This document shows positions 1-13,182 of a stretch of 64,000 nt of DNA, piece by piece; positions within the stretch are counted from its first letter, which is position 1; each line of letters opens with the position of its first letter. The notes under the pieces are model-generated. The model was not told the DNA's origin, made no database searches, and saw only the letters and a program-made list of their open reading frames with translations. This DNA comes from Felis catus (lineage: Eukaryota). Position numbers and translations under genes: made by a program. The DNA is taken from NCBI RefSeq assembly GCF_018350175.1, contig NC_058368.1:96660001-96724000 (forward strand), read 5' to 3'.

Positions 1-487
1 AAGAAATAAAGCAGAGGATTCTGGGAAAAATGGCAATCATATGCAGTTCCATTTTTCTCCATTAATAATTCCAATCTATCTTCCTTGCCTAAGTCTATTG
101 GTTGCTGGAATATAAGAGATGACTTAGATCTGAGAAAGGCTACCTGAGACTGGACTTGGAGCCCCTGGCACAGAACCTGAAAGCCTGAGCACTGGGGAAA
201 ATGGCCTATTATGAAATCTGTGCATGCCCAGGGGTTATGTGAAATTGGCCTTTTATTACTAGATCTTAATGCGCCCCTATCGTTCACTTCCAACATCCCA
301 AAATGGTGCTGAGAGACTGATAATAGAAAATTCTTCCGCAATCCACGAAGCTAGAAGAGAGCGTGAATATGTCTACAAGTCATAAAAAGGGAGCTACAAC
401 TTTAGAATTTCACATTTGACCAATGTATCATTCACCTATCTAGGAAAAAAGAAATTATGATGGATATTTAAATATCTAAGGAAAACA

Positions 488-711
488 GGGGCACCTGGGG
501 GGCTCAGTCGGTTATGCATCCGACTTCATCTCAGGTCATGATCTCGCAGGTCATGAGTTGAAGCCCCACATCAGGCTCTGTGCTGACAGCTCAGAACCTG
601 GAGCCTGCTTTGGATTCTTTGTCTCCCTCTCTCTCTGCCTCTTCCCTGTAAACACACTCTCTCTCTCTCTCTCTCTCAAAAATAAATAAATGTTTTAAAA
701 AATGAAAGAAA
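488..711 (+). mobile_element. CAN-SINE (SINEC_Fc-like)
   Basis: GGGGCACCTGG..GGCTCAGTCGGTT head, (CT)n body, AATAAA/A tail; TSD taaggaaaaca at 477-487 and 717-727. Confidence 0.95.
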
Positions 712-832
712 AAATGTAAGGAAAACAAGAAAGGTTTCTAACCAGATAACAAACGAATCAAAAACAGAGACCTCACCATGGTTGACAATGAAGAAGTCAG
801 GGAATAATAGTAAACAATGACTCTTGAGAGTG

Positions 833-1040
833 AAAGAGAGAGAGAGAGAGAGAGAGATCTGTGAATGTATATACATATATACGTGTGTGCATAGCGTGTG
901 TATATTTATAGACACTGTACACATAGTATATAATAGTGTATATATAGGGGATTTTTGTACATATTTATATGTATAATTATATATAATATACATATACACA
1001 TTTATATAGTATTTATATAAATTTGAATATATAATGATAT
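833..1040. repeat. (GA)n microsatellite followed by TA-rich low-complexity tract
   Basis: Directly visible. Confidence 0.85.
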
Positions 1041-1468
1041 ACTGCCTGAAGGTATGTAACTAAAGCATTAAATATAAGAATGAAATTTTTTTAAAAGTTA
1101 CACTGTAAGGGATACTCTCATTAGTCTTAGATGGTACACATTTCTTCTCTCAGGTGATCATTAGTCCATTAACTTTATCTGAACAAAGTCTTTTGTAAAT
1201 ATATAATCACATCAACTTTTTCCCCCACAAATTACATAGCATTTAAAAGATCTCCCATTAAAATTCAAATGCTCAAATAATTGTTCCATGGTATATAATT
1301 GTTTGCCACATAGCCCATAATGAGAAATGACTTGATAAAATTCGGGGTCATGGGCGGTGTTGCGTTAGATCAAAACCAAGGGTGGAAATATTTTCCCTCT
1401 GGATTGCATTCTATATCGACATCATAAATTTTGATATACCCACCCTTGAACTTGAGAATAAAGAATCA

Positions 1469-1633
1469 GGGGTGCCTGGGTGGCTCAGTTGGTTGAGTAC
1501 CTGACTCTTGATTTCAGCTCCTCACGCTGGGCTCTGGGCTGAGCATGGAGCCTGCTTAAGATGCTCTCTCTCTCTCTCCCCTTCACCCCTGCTTACGCTC
1601 TCTTTCTCTCTCTCTTTAAAATTAAAAAAAAAA
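1469..1633 (+). mobile_element. CAN-SINE, internally deleted
   Basis: Intact head; jumps from atttcagctc to ctcacgctgggctc (B-box segment missing); (CT)n and A tail. Confidence 0.9.
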
Positions 1634-1634
1634 C

Positions 1635-1880
1635 GGGGCACCTGGGTGGCTCAGTTGGTTGGAACATCTGACTTCAGCTCAGGTCATATCCTCGTGGTCT
1701 GTGCGTTCGAGCCCCATGTCAGGCCTGTGCTGACGGCTCAGAGCCTGGAGCCTGCTTCGGATTCTGTGTCTCCCTCTCTCTCTGCCCCTCCCCCATTCAT
1801 GTTCTGTCTCTCTCTCTCTCTGTGTCAAAAGTAAATAAACATTAAAAAAATAATTAAAAAAACTAAGAAAATAAAGTAAA
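1635..1880 (+). mobile_element. CAN-SINE (SINEC_Fc-like) inserted in the tail of the previous SINE
   Basis: Full head with GTTCGAGCCC B-box, CT body, A-rich tail. Confidence 0.95.
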
Positions 1881-4800
1881 AACAAAATCATAACCTAGTA
1901 AGCTAACATTACAGATATGAAAATACATTATTCTTCACGTATGTCAAAACAGAAAGACACAAGTTGAACCTGCCTGGTTTATGAGATGACCTCATAGTGC
2001 CCTAACAAATTGCATACAAGAAAGGTAAATACATTTTGCTTATCAAGAAATGAAAGCATATGGAAGACCCTGTCTTGTGCATAGCACTCGTGCTATGGTG
2101 ACAGCCAATGGTGAGACAGTTCAATTAGACAGCTATCTGAGCCAGGAGAAGGCCGGAAGCATGGTGTTAATCAAAGGAAAGCAAAGTCGAGCAAGCAAAC
2201 AATGAGGACTCACTTTGCTATGTGTCCTTAAACGGACTCTGACAGTTCAACCTTCACAGGGTGTGAAACTCAAACAGGGGTGTGAGAAATTTCACTTCTT
2301 ACCTTCTTTTAAAAGTGCATTTACTCTCTAGCTGGAGGTCCCAGTCCATCTAGAAATGTAAGAGAGTATTTCTAATTTACGCTGAACTTGAACCCTGCCG
2401 AGTAAACTCCATTTGTTCACCTTTCATTTCCCTTCCTCTGTGTCTCTACAGGAGAGCATCTCAGTTTTCAGGGTGCTTATGGAGTGTAGAGGCTGGAGGA
2501 AGAGATCCCCTCAGCAAGTGTGAGCAACGATCTCTGTTCTCCAGCATCTCCCTCCAAGAGGTTTTTTTTCCACTGTCTTACTCTTCTGTTCCTTCCCATC
2601 TCCCCTCCCCCTCCTAAATTCAGAGGATCTTCAAACTCTCCTGAGAGGGAAGGTGGTTCTGCTTGAATGTATCGTCTTCCAATCTTGCCATTTCACACCT
2701 CAACCACAGCTTTAGAAGTTCAAGCCAAAATTTGATACCTTTGTTCCTTGGTTATATAGTGATAAGCTTCCCTAAAACAAACAATTGCTCATGTGTAACA
2801 AGAAATGAGGAGAGGTCAAAGGAAAAAAATGGAATGTGAGAACACACACACACACACACACACAGCTCAAGTAATCCACAGAACGTTTACATCATTATCT
2901 AACTACATTTCACCTTCTGCCTTAAATCTTTGCATCTTGATAGAGAAAGTTGACTCAAATGGATGCTTCCATTCCCCAGTGCATCCCTTCAGAGAAAGCG
3001 GCCAATGCATCCCTCTCCAAAATCCAGTGTTTCAGAAAAGTGATTTCCACACACAAATTAACACGTAGCAGAATGGATGGGTGTTAGGTCATCCTGGCTG
3101 TCCTCAAATGCATGAATAAGCCTAGATGCCCAGTAAAGTGTCTACTTTCCTCCCAGCACATCTTTCCAGGGGATAAGACAAATAACAACATGACTTACAC
3201 GCTGGAATAGGCAAGTATAATAAGTTATGTTGTCATTACCTAAAATGATACCCTATGTAATACAGTGTTCATACTTCCATTTAAAAAGTTCAAATTTATT
3301 TTGAATAAAATTTGATGAACTTTCACTTATTCCCATAAAACAGTCATAGTCCTAGCATTTAGAAAATGGAAAAATTAGGGTATGGAAATGAAATGACTTG
3401 TCTAGAGAACAGTGTTGAAAGTAAAATTTCAAAACCAGTGACTAATAATACCTCGGGAACGTTTGTATTAAGTCATTTGGCTATTCTTGGAATATGAGAT
3501 GGAGAAACTCCAAAATAAGTCTGCCTAATGACCATATTCAATGTGAAGTCAATGAAAGAAAATAATAAGGCTTCCTACCTTTTTCCTTTTTTTTTCTTTT
3601 TGTAAAACGACTACAATAAAGAAACGTGGGTAATTTGATGTGAATAGATACCAATAAATAGATTTGAGCAAACATCATAAACTTCCATGATGCTGTTATT
3701 TCTCTACTTTGTTGTCATTTACTTACTCAACTAGCATTCAACTAGTCAACAATATACTGCTTAAATGCCTACTCAGAAAATGTTATGATGATTTCTTTAA
3801 AAAAAAATGAAGAGAGTTTTTTTAGAACCAGTATCCTTATATAACAATTTGATACCATTTTAATAGAAGCAATTTTTGGAATAAAGATGAAAAATCAAAT
3901 CAAGTCAGATGGTAAGCACTGGCTAAATGGAATTCAGTTACCACCTACATAGCCAATTTTCTTTTTTTTAATGCAGGACTCTGGGCCTGAAACTATCCTG
4001 AGCAAAAGTGTAGATATATAAGACTTGTGAAAACTCCCCAAAGGAAATTCTACAATGTCTTGCAAAAGAGTGCTCTAGCAAAGCTTGCATGGCCAAACCA
4101 AGCCCATCAACAACTCATATTCCACTGAAAGTAGGTATCGTAGAAACACCATATCATCTGAAAGCACTTTGCATGCTGATTTGTATGAATGACCTCTGGA
4201 CTTTCTGACTCAGTTAAACTCATATCGATGCATACGGGATACCCTTTTTTATTCCCTTAAAGAGGAAACTCTTTAAGATTCTTCTTCAGATTTATCTTCC
4301 AAAATTGAAAATAGGTACACAGATAGGTACATAGATATATAGATAGATACATAGAGAGCATCCACAGGATGGTAAGGCTTTCATTGTGCAGTAACTCTAT
4401 AAGAGCTAATTGTGCACTGCAACATTGATTTTTCTGGGGGAAAAAATGGACAATGAAAACTGTAACTTTGCATAGAAACAGATCAATAGTCACTTTTTTG
4501 ACTTATGCTTCAATTTTATTGAACTTAAATAGCTTATTAAACTTAAAAGTCTGCCTTTTTTTCAATAGCTAGTTTTTGTGAAACCTACTAAGGACCAGGG
4601 TTGTGGTAAGACAAAACACTCAAGATTCGGTTCCCACTTTCAAAAAAGAGAGAGAGAGAGATACAAATGCAAACTATATAGCACAATAAAATGTGGTTTT
4701 GAAACAATTAGGAGGAATAATAAAATGCTAAGAGAGAAAGAGAGTACAATTAATGCCACAGCAGAGATAAAATTGAGTGAACTCTTAAAGACCAGGTAGG

Positions 4801-5506
4801 ATTTTTTAAGAGGGTGACCTATGTGCCTCTAGTCTAAGGAAATCTTCTGAGCAAATACACAAAGAATGTGAAATGTACAATATACTCTGAAACCATCAAG
4901 GAGTCCATGGAGGCCACCCAAAGCAGATTTATACGTGTATCTTTTACCTAAATTACAAAGAGTTTTCATATAGTTAATAGCCAGTTCTGCCAAACTTCAA
5001 ATTCTGGAAACAATCACGTAAATTATTTTGTGGAATGCCATGCAGCATTAGGGCTGCTGGTAATTCCTACCCATCTTACTTGTGACTCTCCAAATTAACA
5101 TTTCTGCTCATCTGTTATCATTTTGTGATTTCTGTTTTGTTTCTTTATGTAGTTCCCATACTCAAATCTAAGTTGCTGAGACATCAGAGTCATAATTTTC
5201 TACCCTTTCATGACTTTAAGAAGAAACCATCCTCAACTGAAACCAGGCAGGCGGATCCCTCACCCCACCAGGCACTGCCAACAGACCACCAACAATGTGC
5301 GGCTCGTAGTAACTTGGGCTTTGATCCTAAGCTTTGGGTTGTCCCAAAAGTTAAATGTTCTATATTATAAATTATTCTAGAGAGGTCTCGTGTACACCAT
5401 TTCCAGCCCCAAATATTCCTGATGAGAAAGCATAGCGTACTGTCTGTGTTCTTGAAACCTCTATGTAGATGGATAATGGAAAGATCCAAAAATTATAAAT
5501 TAAGAG

Positions 5507-5718
5507 GGGTGCCTGGGTGGCTGAGTCGGTTAGGCGTCTGACTTCAGTTCAGGTCATGATCTCATGGTTTGTAAGTTCGAGCCCCACGTTGGGCTCGGGG
5601 CTAACAGCTCAGAGTCTGGAGTCTGCTTCGGATTCTGTGTCTCCCTCTCTCTCTGCCCCTCCCCTGCCCACTCTCTGTCTCTCTCTCTCAAAAATAAACA
5701 TTAAAAAAATATTTAAAG
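5507..5718 (+). mobile_element. CAN-SINE (SINEC_Fc-like)
   Basis: Full length; TSD aattataaattaagag 5491-5506 / aatcataaattaagag 5719-5734. Confidence 0.95.
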
Positions 5719-5866
5719 AATCATAAATTAAGAGTGTGAATATTTTGAGAGTTTTCATATGAAGAATAAAAGGATATTAAAATGGAAGTTTTACTCTCTC
5801 AGTTTCATTCAAAACTCAATAGCCAAGAACAGTAAAAATAAATGTCAAGTAGCCTACATTCTATAG

Positions 5867-6171
5867 CAGGGGTAAACAAAGTTTTCCCAAAAAAGACTCA
5901 ATAGTGAATATTTCCAGCTTTTCAGCTTACAAACTTTTAATCACTCAACTGTGCCGTCATATGGAGAAAGCATCATAGGTAACATGCCAATGAACAGGCA
6001 TGATGTTCCAATAAAACTCTGAAGACAATGAAACTTGGATTTCTCATGACTTTCACATGTCACAAAACATTCTTCTTCTTTTGAATATTTTTCAACTATT
6101 TAAAATCATAAAAATTATTCTCAAAGTACCAGTAGGTAGCAAGCCAGCAGGCCAAAGTTTGCCAACCTCTA
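5867..6171 (+). mobile_element. hAT-Charlie MITE, MER58B-like
   Basis: caggggtaaacaaa..agtttgccaacctcta termini; internal gttccaataaaact and ttcacatgtcacaaaacattcttcttcttttga match the recalled MER58B consensus. Confidence 0.75.
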
Positions 6172-9100
6172 TTGTTGAAAGATGCGCTAGACCATCTATA
6201 TGGGACATACTAAGAGATTAAATATATTCCGTTGGTGGTGGGGAAGATGGCCAAAGTCGTGTGGAATTGCCTTTCTTCTCCCACATGAAACTATGTCCCT
6301 ATCTTAAGGTAACACAAAGTTTGAAAAGTTAAAGAGGCTGAGAAAAAATTTCCTATGGGACACTTGTCAGTATACTAATTTCTTTACCACTCCCAACATG
6401 CAGAGAAGCAAGGGTTGTTTCCTAGCACATGGAGACAATATGCTTACCTTGAAGTCTTGTCTTCCCATGGCAAAGAGAATCAGAACTGTACTGGCAGGCC
6501 ACTGTCCTTCCACCTGTGGAAAAGAATATATGAGTTTTTGCTTGGGCCCAGAAAGGGACCGGCCTAAAACTATTTTAAAGGGGACATTACACAGTAAGAT
6601 CGCCCAAAGGGGTAGAGATCCCAACAAAGCAAATCCGTGTGGAGTTCACTTTTGTAGTCCAAGGATCAGGCATCTGTGGCCAATTTGAAAGCCTCGAAAG
6701 ACAGAACCCGATGTATTGCCTGCCCCAAGGAAGCTACAATCAGGGTACAAGAGCAGAATATGGGTTTAGAAAACCCAGAATATCCCATGGGCTTGTACAT
6801 GTTCCAAGCTGAGAGTAAACCAAGGATGGACTATAATTATAATTACCACCTAACCTTGTACCTCTTTCTCCTAAACCCCTGTCCTTGCAGAGGAATGTAG
6901 GGAAGAAAGAAATGAAGAAAAAGACAATAAACTATCATCAGCTCCCTTTCATGAAGCCCAACCCAAGATTGAAATTATGTGATTAATTATGATTAATTCC
7001 CTATCAGAGACATCTTAACTCAAATAAGGCCATTTTTGAGTCTAAGAGCAGCTAGATTTTATCTAAGAAGGGTCATAAACACTCCATGGTACACCTGATT
7101 TCATCCAGGGGCAAGGAAAGGATTTTTCGGCAAAGCAAGTTGGTTTGCTTAGGGGTAGGTTTGAACAGGGGGTGACAGGGAAGAAAGAATTTGATTTTTG
7201 TGTATACCCTATCAGTTCCATCTTGCTCGGTAAAAGAGAGCTGTAATAGGCAAACTCATCGTAATAGTTTGTTTCTTGTCTTTTTCTCATCCTTCAGAAG
7301 TAACATGACAGTGAGGCAACTTCTTAAAAGCCAATAAAAAATTATTAAATTCTGTACATGGTCCTACACCTTAACTGCACGTTGGTTTCATACCGACATA
7401 ACATGCTTTCCCTACCTTTGGTAGAACATGTTGATTATTTCAGAACCAATTTCAATATTCTCTAAGTAAAAGTGATAAAGGAATCTAATGAATTCCTCAA
7501 AGCAGTCTATTTTTCAAAGATGACTGTCATATCATCAAATATTTATTTTTCTCAACTTCACAGGCAGAAATGAATCATTCCCCACTTTGCATTACTTATG
7601 GAAGGAAATCTGTAGCGTTTTCAGGATCTGCTTTTGACAATGTTTTCAAGCTCTTACATTTATAGTAAAATAAAGCTTTGGCAATGAGCTGCAAAAGGCA
7701 TAACCATAAGGTCATTCACATTTTCCTATATTTTGATAAGTTGCAGAAATGCAGGCATTCTTACCATTTCTAAGAGAGCCAGCAAGGGTTTATATCAGGG
7801 TCACTTTACAACACATCCTACCAGGAAAACCAAACTGAAAAGACTTTCCAAATTGAAAAGTAGGGCTTTATTGTCACTTGCTATCCTAGGTAAAATACAA
7901 CGTGGTCTCTATACCAAGGTAAGGTGAACATAAATATTGCCTTTTAAGCCAAAGTGAAAGAAAGACACAATTACTAATTACATCAGAGACAACAGAGGTA
8001 AACTGGAACTTTGCTGGGCAAACTGCATGTGTGGGCATCTCGGCTGTAACTGACATAAGTAAGAAAGTAGGTAAGAAATGCAAATAAGTTTCCAAAATGT
8101 CTTCCCAACAACTCACAATCTTTCAAAATACATACACTAATATACTCAAAAATAAGGATCTTCAGAGTTCAGCAAAAAAATGCTATTACATACATAATAT
8201 AAAATTATATATAAAATATATTTATAGAATATAAATACAAATATATTTTATATATAATATATGGTAAAATATATAATAAAAATCATGTATATTACATGAG
8301 ATATAACATATGTAATATATTACACACATGCATACACACACACATATATATATACACACTTATACATGAATTTCCAAAAAATAAAACTGTAGACTTCCAA
8401 AATATCATCCTTATACGCCATCTCACCATTTTGCCATGACAACCTTTAAGTTTCGTGTTGGTCTCCCTTCTCAACTTTCAATCTCATATCTCCAAACAAA
8501 CAGCAAGTGCCTCATGATGTGGGTTACTGCTGCTTTTTAATTTCCATAATGGGTGTCGGTAAATATCAAGGAGATGGGAGGGAAAACCTGTACTTTAGGC
8601 CAAGGTAGGGGAGCGTTGATGCTTTTGCAGTCTTTTTCTTTTACCAGATGACTTGGGATTTGGAAAATTAAACATTTCCACGATTAAAAGGACTGGGGAA
8701 AATGATTTAATAATCATCACAATAATTGCCACAACCTACTTCACAGCAAGATGTAGGTCTCATTAAATTCAGCCACAGATGAGTGAGCCGGAAATATGCG
8801 GTGGAGCCCCCAGAACAAAGGTAACTTGCTCAAGTTATAAGCAAACGAATAAAAGCACTTTTCATCAGTTCCAACTGAGCAAAGACACCGAGACAAACTC
8901 CTTGCATTGAAATGGTGTCTACTTAGTTAATGGCTATGTTAGAGGGCAATGTTACCAATTTGTCGATATAAATGGCTTTCCCATTTCTTTCCTTGTTGAA
9001 GGCCTTCCTTTATTGGTCATGAGCTTTTCAAATTGCACCCGAGGCTCAAAGCAGTTTGAACTTGGCAGGAAAACACCATCCCAGAGTCCTTGGATGGATC

Positions 9101-9705
9101 AGGATCTTAGAGGAGAAATTCAGGATCCTGTAGACCGGGTGAGTGGGAGCTCCAGGCTTTTGCAAGCCCATGGTCTGAGCACCGCTAGTGAGCATTTCAC
9201 CCTACAGCAACTCTTTAACACCAAGGGGCCCCTTAGCTCTTATTCTTTTTCTTATCACCTCCCTTTATTTTAATACAAAATAAGAGATCTCTAGGATCTC
9301 TAGGATCCTCTCTAGGATCACTCCTCTCTAGGATCACTCCTCCTTCTCCTTAAATGACCACGTTGTGCAGCTTCTGTCATTTCCCATATTGGTTGTTCCG
9401 ACTCTTCATGAACCCCCTCAAGCTCAGCCAATCAGCAGAAACTCTTTTCTACTTATGAAGAAATCAAGTTTAGACATTCTTTGCCCTGCACCAACACAGG
9501 CCATTGCCCTTATCTTGCAAACCCCCTTCTTGTCAGTACCTTCTATGCTTCAGGACCCACTTTTCCACCTCTGCTCAGTCACCCTTCTGAGACTCGCTCT
9601 TGGTTCCTTCTTTCCTCCCCTATAACTTCACGCTTTCTCTCTCTTCTGTCTCCCTTATCTTCCATCCCCACACCCTGTAAACACGGGTAAGTTGTCCCCA
9701 TCTTA

Positions 9706-9711
<6 letters not shown>

Positions 9712-9742
<31 letters not shown>
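9712..9742. repeat. (CA)n microsatellite
   Basis: Directly visible. Confidence 0.95.
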
Positions 9743-9744
<2 letters not shown>

Positions 9745-9859
9745 ATCAAGTGAAAAAGGAAAATGAAAAATCTCTTAGTTCCGTTGAGTTTCCAGTTCTT
9801 TCTCGTAATCATATGTTTTTGTACCCACTGCTCAAGTCCCTGAATTTATACTACCTTTA

Positions 9860-10690
9860 CTTCTATAATTTCTCTTGTCAAAGTCCCTAATTGCTTTCAT
9901 TTATTTATTCACTGTGCTGTCCATGGTCTTCAATGTAAAATGCTTTCCTGAGGGTTTATGCCCGCATTTTGTGGTGATTAATTTTCCATCTCACTGGCTA
10001 CTGCTCAGTTTCCTTGTAGGCCAACTTATCACTCTATAGCAGCCCTGTAACACCAATGGGCCCCTTACCTCTTATTCTTTTCCTCCTTATCACCTCCCTT
10101 CATTTTATCAACTTCATCAACTTCCCTCTTATCAACGACTCTAAGGTTTGTGATCCCTAGAATGCAACATTTTCCATACATAGAGTAGGCATGTCCATGC
10201 TCTTTTCTGGTAATTCCATACTGTACATCCTCCTAAGCCTCTTTTCTGAAATTTAAATCTATTATGCCTTTCCTGAATAATGACACTGCCTGGATGTAGT
10301 GTCACAGACATCTCATATTCAACATATTATAATGTAATTCATCCTTCCTCCCTCTCAAACCTTTAGAACCCCCAAACAGTATTCACTATTTCCAGATTGT
10401 CATCACCAGCAGTCCAGTCTCTGAAGTTAGAGACCCATAAGGCATCCTAGATCATCTGCTTTAACTCATTATTCTCGCCAAGTTGAAACAGAGTTTACCT
10501 CTAAATATTTCTCCATGCCTTGGTATCCATGTAGCCCCACTCATGTTTCCTTGATCTCCTCCATAATCACTTTCCATTTGGGCTAATAAACTGATGGGTA
10601 TTCCTAAATCCATTGTCATTCTTGCTTGCCAACTTTTCTCATGGAAGAGACGGAAGAGAAAATCAAGTATCTGACCTTTTAATATCAGTC
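9860..10690 (+). mobile_element. L2 LINE relic
   Basis: tggatgtagtgtcacagacatctcatattcaacat..ccagtctctgaagttagagacccataaggcatcctaga resembles the L2 RT 3' region; heavily diverged, boundaries approximate. Confidence 0.6.
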
Positions 10691-10922
10691 ACTCTGCCAG
10701 CTGGTCGACCTAGCTACTCAGTGTTCTGAGACTATACCCAATCATATTTATTACCGTTTCTTTGAGTTGAGAAAGTGAGGAGATAATCTTTCCTCCCTTC
10801 ACCACCTTGATGGTGGACATGAGACTGAGAAACCAGCTTTGGCTTTGGCTTCTGTCAGAACCCAGGTAACCTAGTCTGCAGTGACCTTTGTTACTCATTG
10901 CTGATGCTAGTTTCACCTGTCA

Positions 10923-11120
10923 TTTAAATTGTTTGTTTGTTTGTTTATAGAGAGATTGAGCACACGCAAGTGGAGGAAAAGGGCAGAGAAAATCTTAAGC
11001 AGGCTCCACGCTCAATGTGAAGCCCAGTGCAGGGCTGGATCTCACAACCCTTGGATCATGACCCGAGCTGAAACCAAGAGCCAGATGGATGTTCAGTCCA
11101 CTGAGCCACCCAGGAACCCC
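10923..11120 (-). mobile_element. CAN-SINE (older subfamily)
   Basis: Reverse head ctgagccacccaggaacccc; TSD-like ttcacctgtca / ttcatttgtca. Confidence 0.9.
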
Positions 11121-12076
11121 TTCATTTGTCACATTTAGGCAATCTCTGGGCATGGAAGCTGGGCAGAGGAGTATTCCCTGAGCTGAATTCCCTATAGAGA
11201 ATTTTAGAATCTTCAAAGATTGATTTAAAATTGGAAGACTTTGTTTCACTTTTCCATGAATTATTAAGATGGTAAGAAACCAGGAAACAGCAGAATAAGA
11301 GGAATACAAATGACCAAAATCTTGAGATAAAGAGTCAGGGAAAGCAGGAATGTGGGGTGGGGGTGAGAGGGGAGACCAAGAACCATTTCGAGAGACGGAT
11401 GAAAATAACATGCTAATATTTCTTAACAAATAATTCGAATATCTTACAAATTTTTGAGAAGAGGCTGCAATGTAGCTTTATGACTCCCAGCCACTAACTG
11501 AATGACTACTGTGTTGAAAAATCTGTTAGGGGAAATCTGTTCCCACATTAAATCCAGCTGTTCTAAACCATTATGAGCAGACTGAAGTATTACTGAGAGA
11601 CAAATAAGAATTTGGAATAAACCATTGGAAATATGAGAATCTGGTAATGGTAACCCCTTTAAATGCTCCTGAATTCATAATTTCAATGCTGTTGTCACTA
11701 CCTCTAAAACACAACTGGAAAACTGGTTAGGTAATGCCCCAAGAGATCCTTCCTTAGGCCTAGGGATCATAAATCGGTGTTCATCTTGCTGGAGCAAGAG
11801 AGAGATATAGAAGTTAAAAACCTGTTATCTGCATGTAATGTGGCACAAAGAAAATGTGAGCCTAACTTGAGCTTTAACTGCAAAACATCAGTACCTCTCA
11901 GAAAGAGGTGTTGTCCTCAGAGTCCAACAGAAGAGATACTCAGAAGTCTTCAAGTCAGCACTTAACCTGTGTGATCACGTACGAATGAAGACAGCTCTTT
12001 ACTCTTTGGTGTTACTCATGGGAAACAACAAAAACACAAAATGAAAATTAAAACAAGTTGTTAAATGTAAGAAACT

Positions 12077-12301
12077 GGGGTGCCTGGGTAGCTCAGCCGG
12101 TCAGGCATCCAATTTAGGCTCAGGTCATGATCTCATGGTTCGTGGGTTCAAGCCCCGCGTCAGGCTCTGTGCTGACAGCTATGAGCCTAGAGCCTGCTTA
12201 AAATTCTGTGTCTCCCTCTCTTTCTGCCCCTCCCCTGCTTGTGTGCACGCTCTCTCTCTCAGAAATAAACAAACATTTTTTAAGGTCATCTTTTAAATAA
12301 A
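12077..12301 (+). mobile_element. CAN-SINE (SINEC_Fc-like)
   Basis: TSD taaatgtaagaaact 12062-12076 / taaatgcaagaaact 12302-12316. Confidence 0.95.
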
Positions 12302-12743
12302 TAAATGCAAGAAACTATGCGATTCTGATGATTGATACATTATCTAACTGCATCCTTAGTCTCATTTGCGTGAACAATTTAAGGGTACAAAACTTTAAAG
12401 AACGTGATGAGATTCATACAGCTGCTAAGAATATGGCCATGGACACCTTGGATGATGGCAAGACCTAGTCATGCTACTTCCAAGATACACTCAGGCTCCA
12501 AGGAGGAAAAAAAGAAACTTATACAGAGATGTCAGCTATCACTCTGTATTCTAACATATACGAGAATCATCTTCACTGATGGGCATTTCTTTGTTTCTAG
12601 GGGAAGTTTACATGCTCCAAGCCAAATCCTGCCCACAGAAAAAAATTTAACCTGAACTTTTAAAAATTAAGCTAAAATATAAATGTTGGGAGATTTTACA
12701 TAAAACACCAGCACATGGGCTTCTCTTGAAAAATTAACAGGTT

Positions 12744-12831
12744 CAGTCCCCCTCTCTCTGCTCTTCCCCCACTATCTGTCTCTCTTTCCTTCAAAAATAA
12801 ATAAAATTCAAAAAAAAATGTTAAGTAAAAA
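12744..12831 (+). mobile_element. 5'-truncated CAN-SINE (3' end only)
   Basis: CT body plus AATAAA tail; aaaattaacaggt / aaaataagcaggt brackets this and the next SINE. Confidence 0.8.
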
Positions 12832-13064
12832 GGTGACGCCTGGGTGGCTCAGTTGGTTGAGGGTCCAACTTGGGCTCAGGTCATGATCTCCCAGTTTGTG
12901 GGTTTGAGCCCAATGATGCGCTCTGTGCTGACAGTTTGGAGCCTGGAGCCTGCTTTAGATTCTGTGTCTCCCTCTCTCTCTGCTCCTACCTCGCTCATGC
13001 TCTGTCTCTGTCTTCTTCAAAAATAAACAAACATTTAAAAAAAAAAGAAAGAAAGAAAGAAAGA
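12832..13064 (+). mobile_element. CAN-SINE (SINEC_Fc-like)
   Basis: Full head, body and (GAAA)n tail. Confidence 0.95.
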
Positions 13065-13102
13065 AAAATAAGCAGGTCTGGCAACTCAAGGCTGTCATTT
13101 CT

Positions 13103-13149
13103 TTTTTTTTAAGTGTTATTTTTGAGAGAGAGGGCATAAGAGGGCGAGG

Positions 13150-13182
<33 letters not shown>

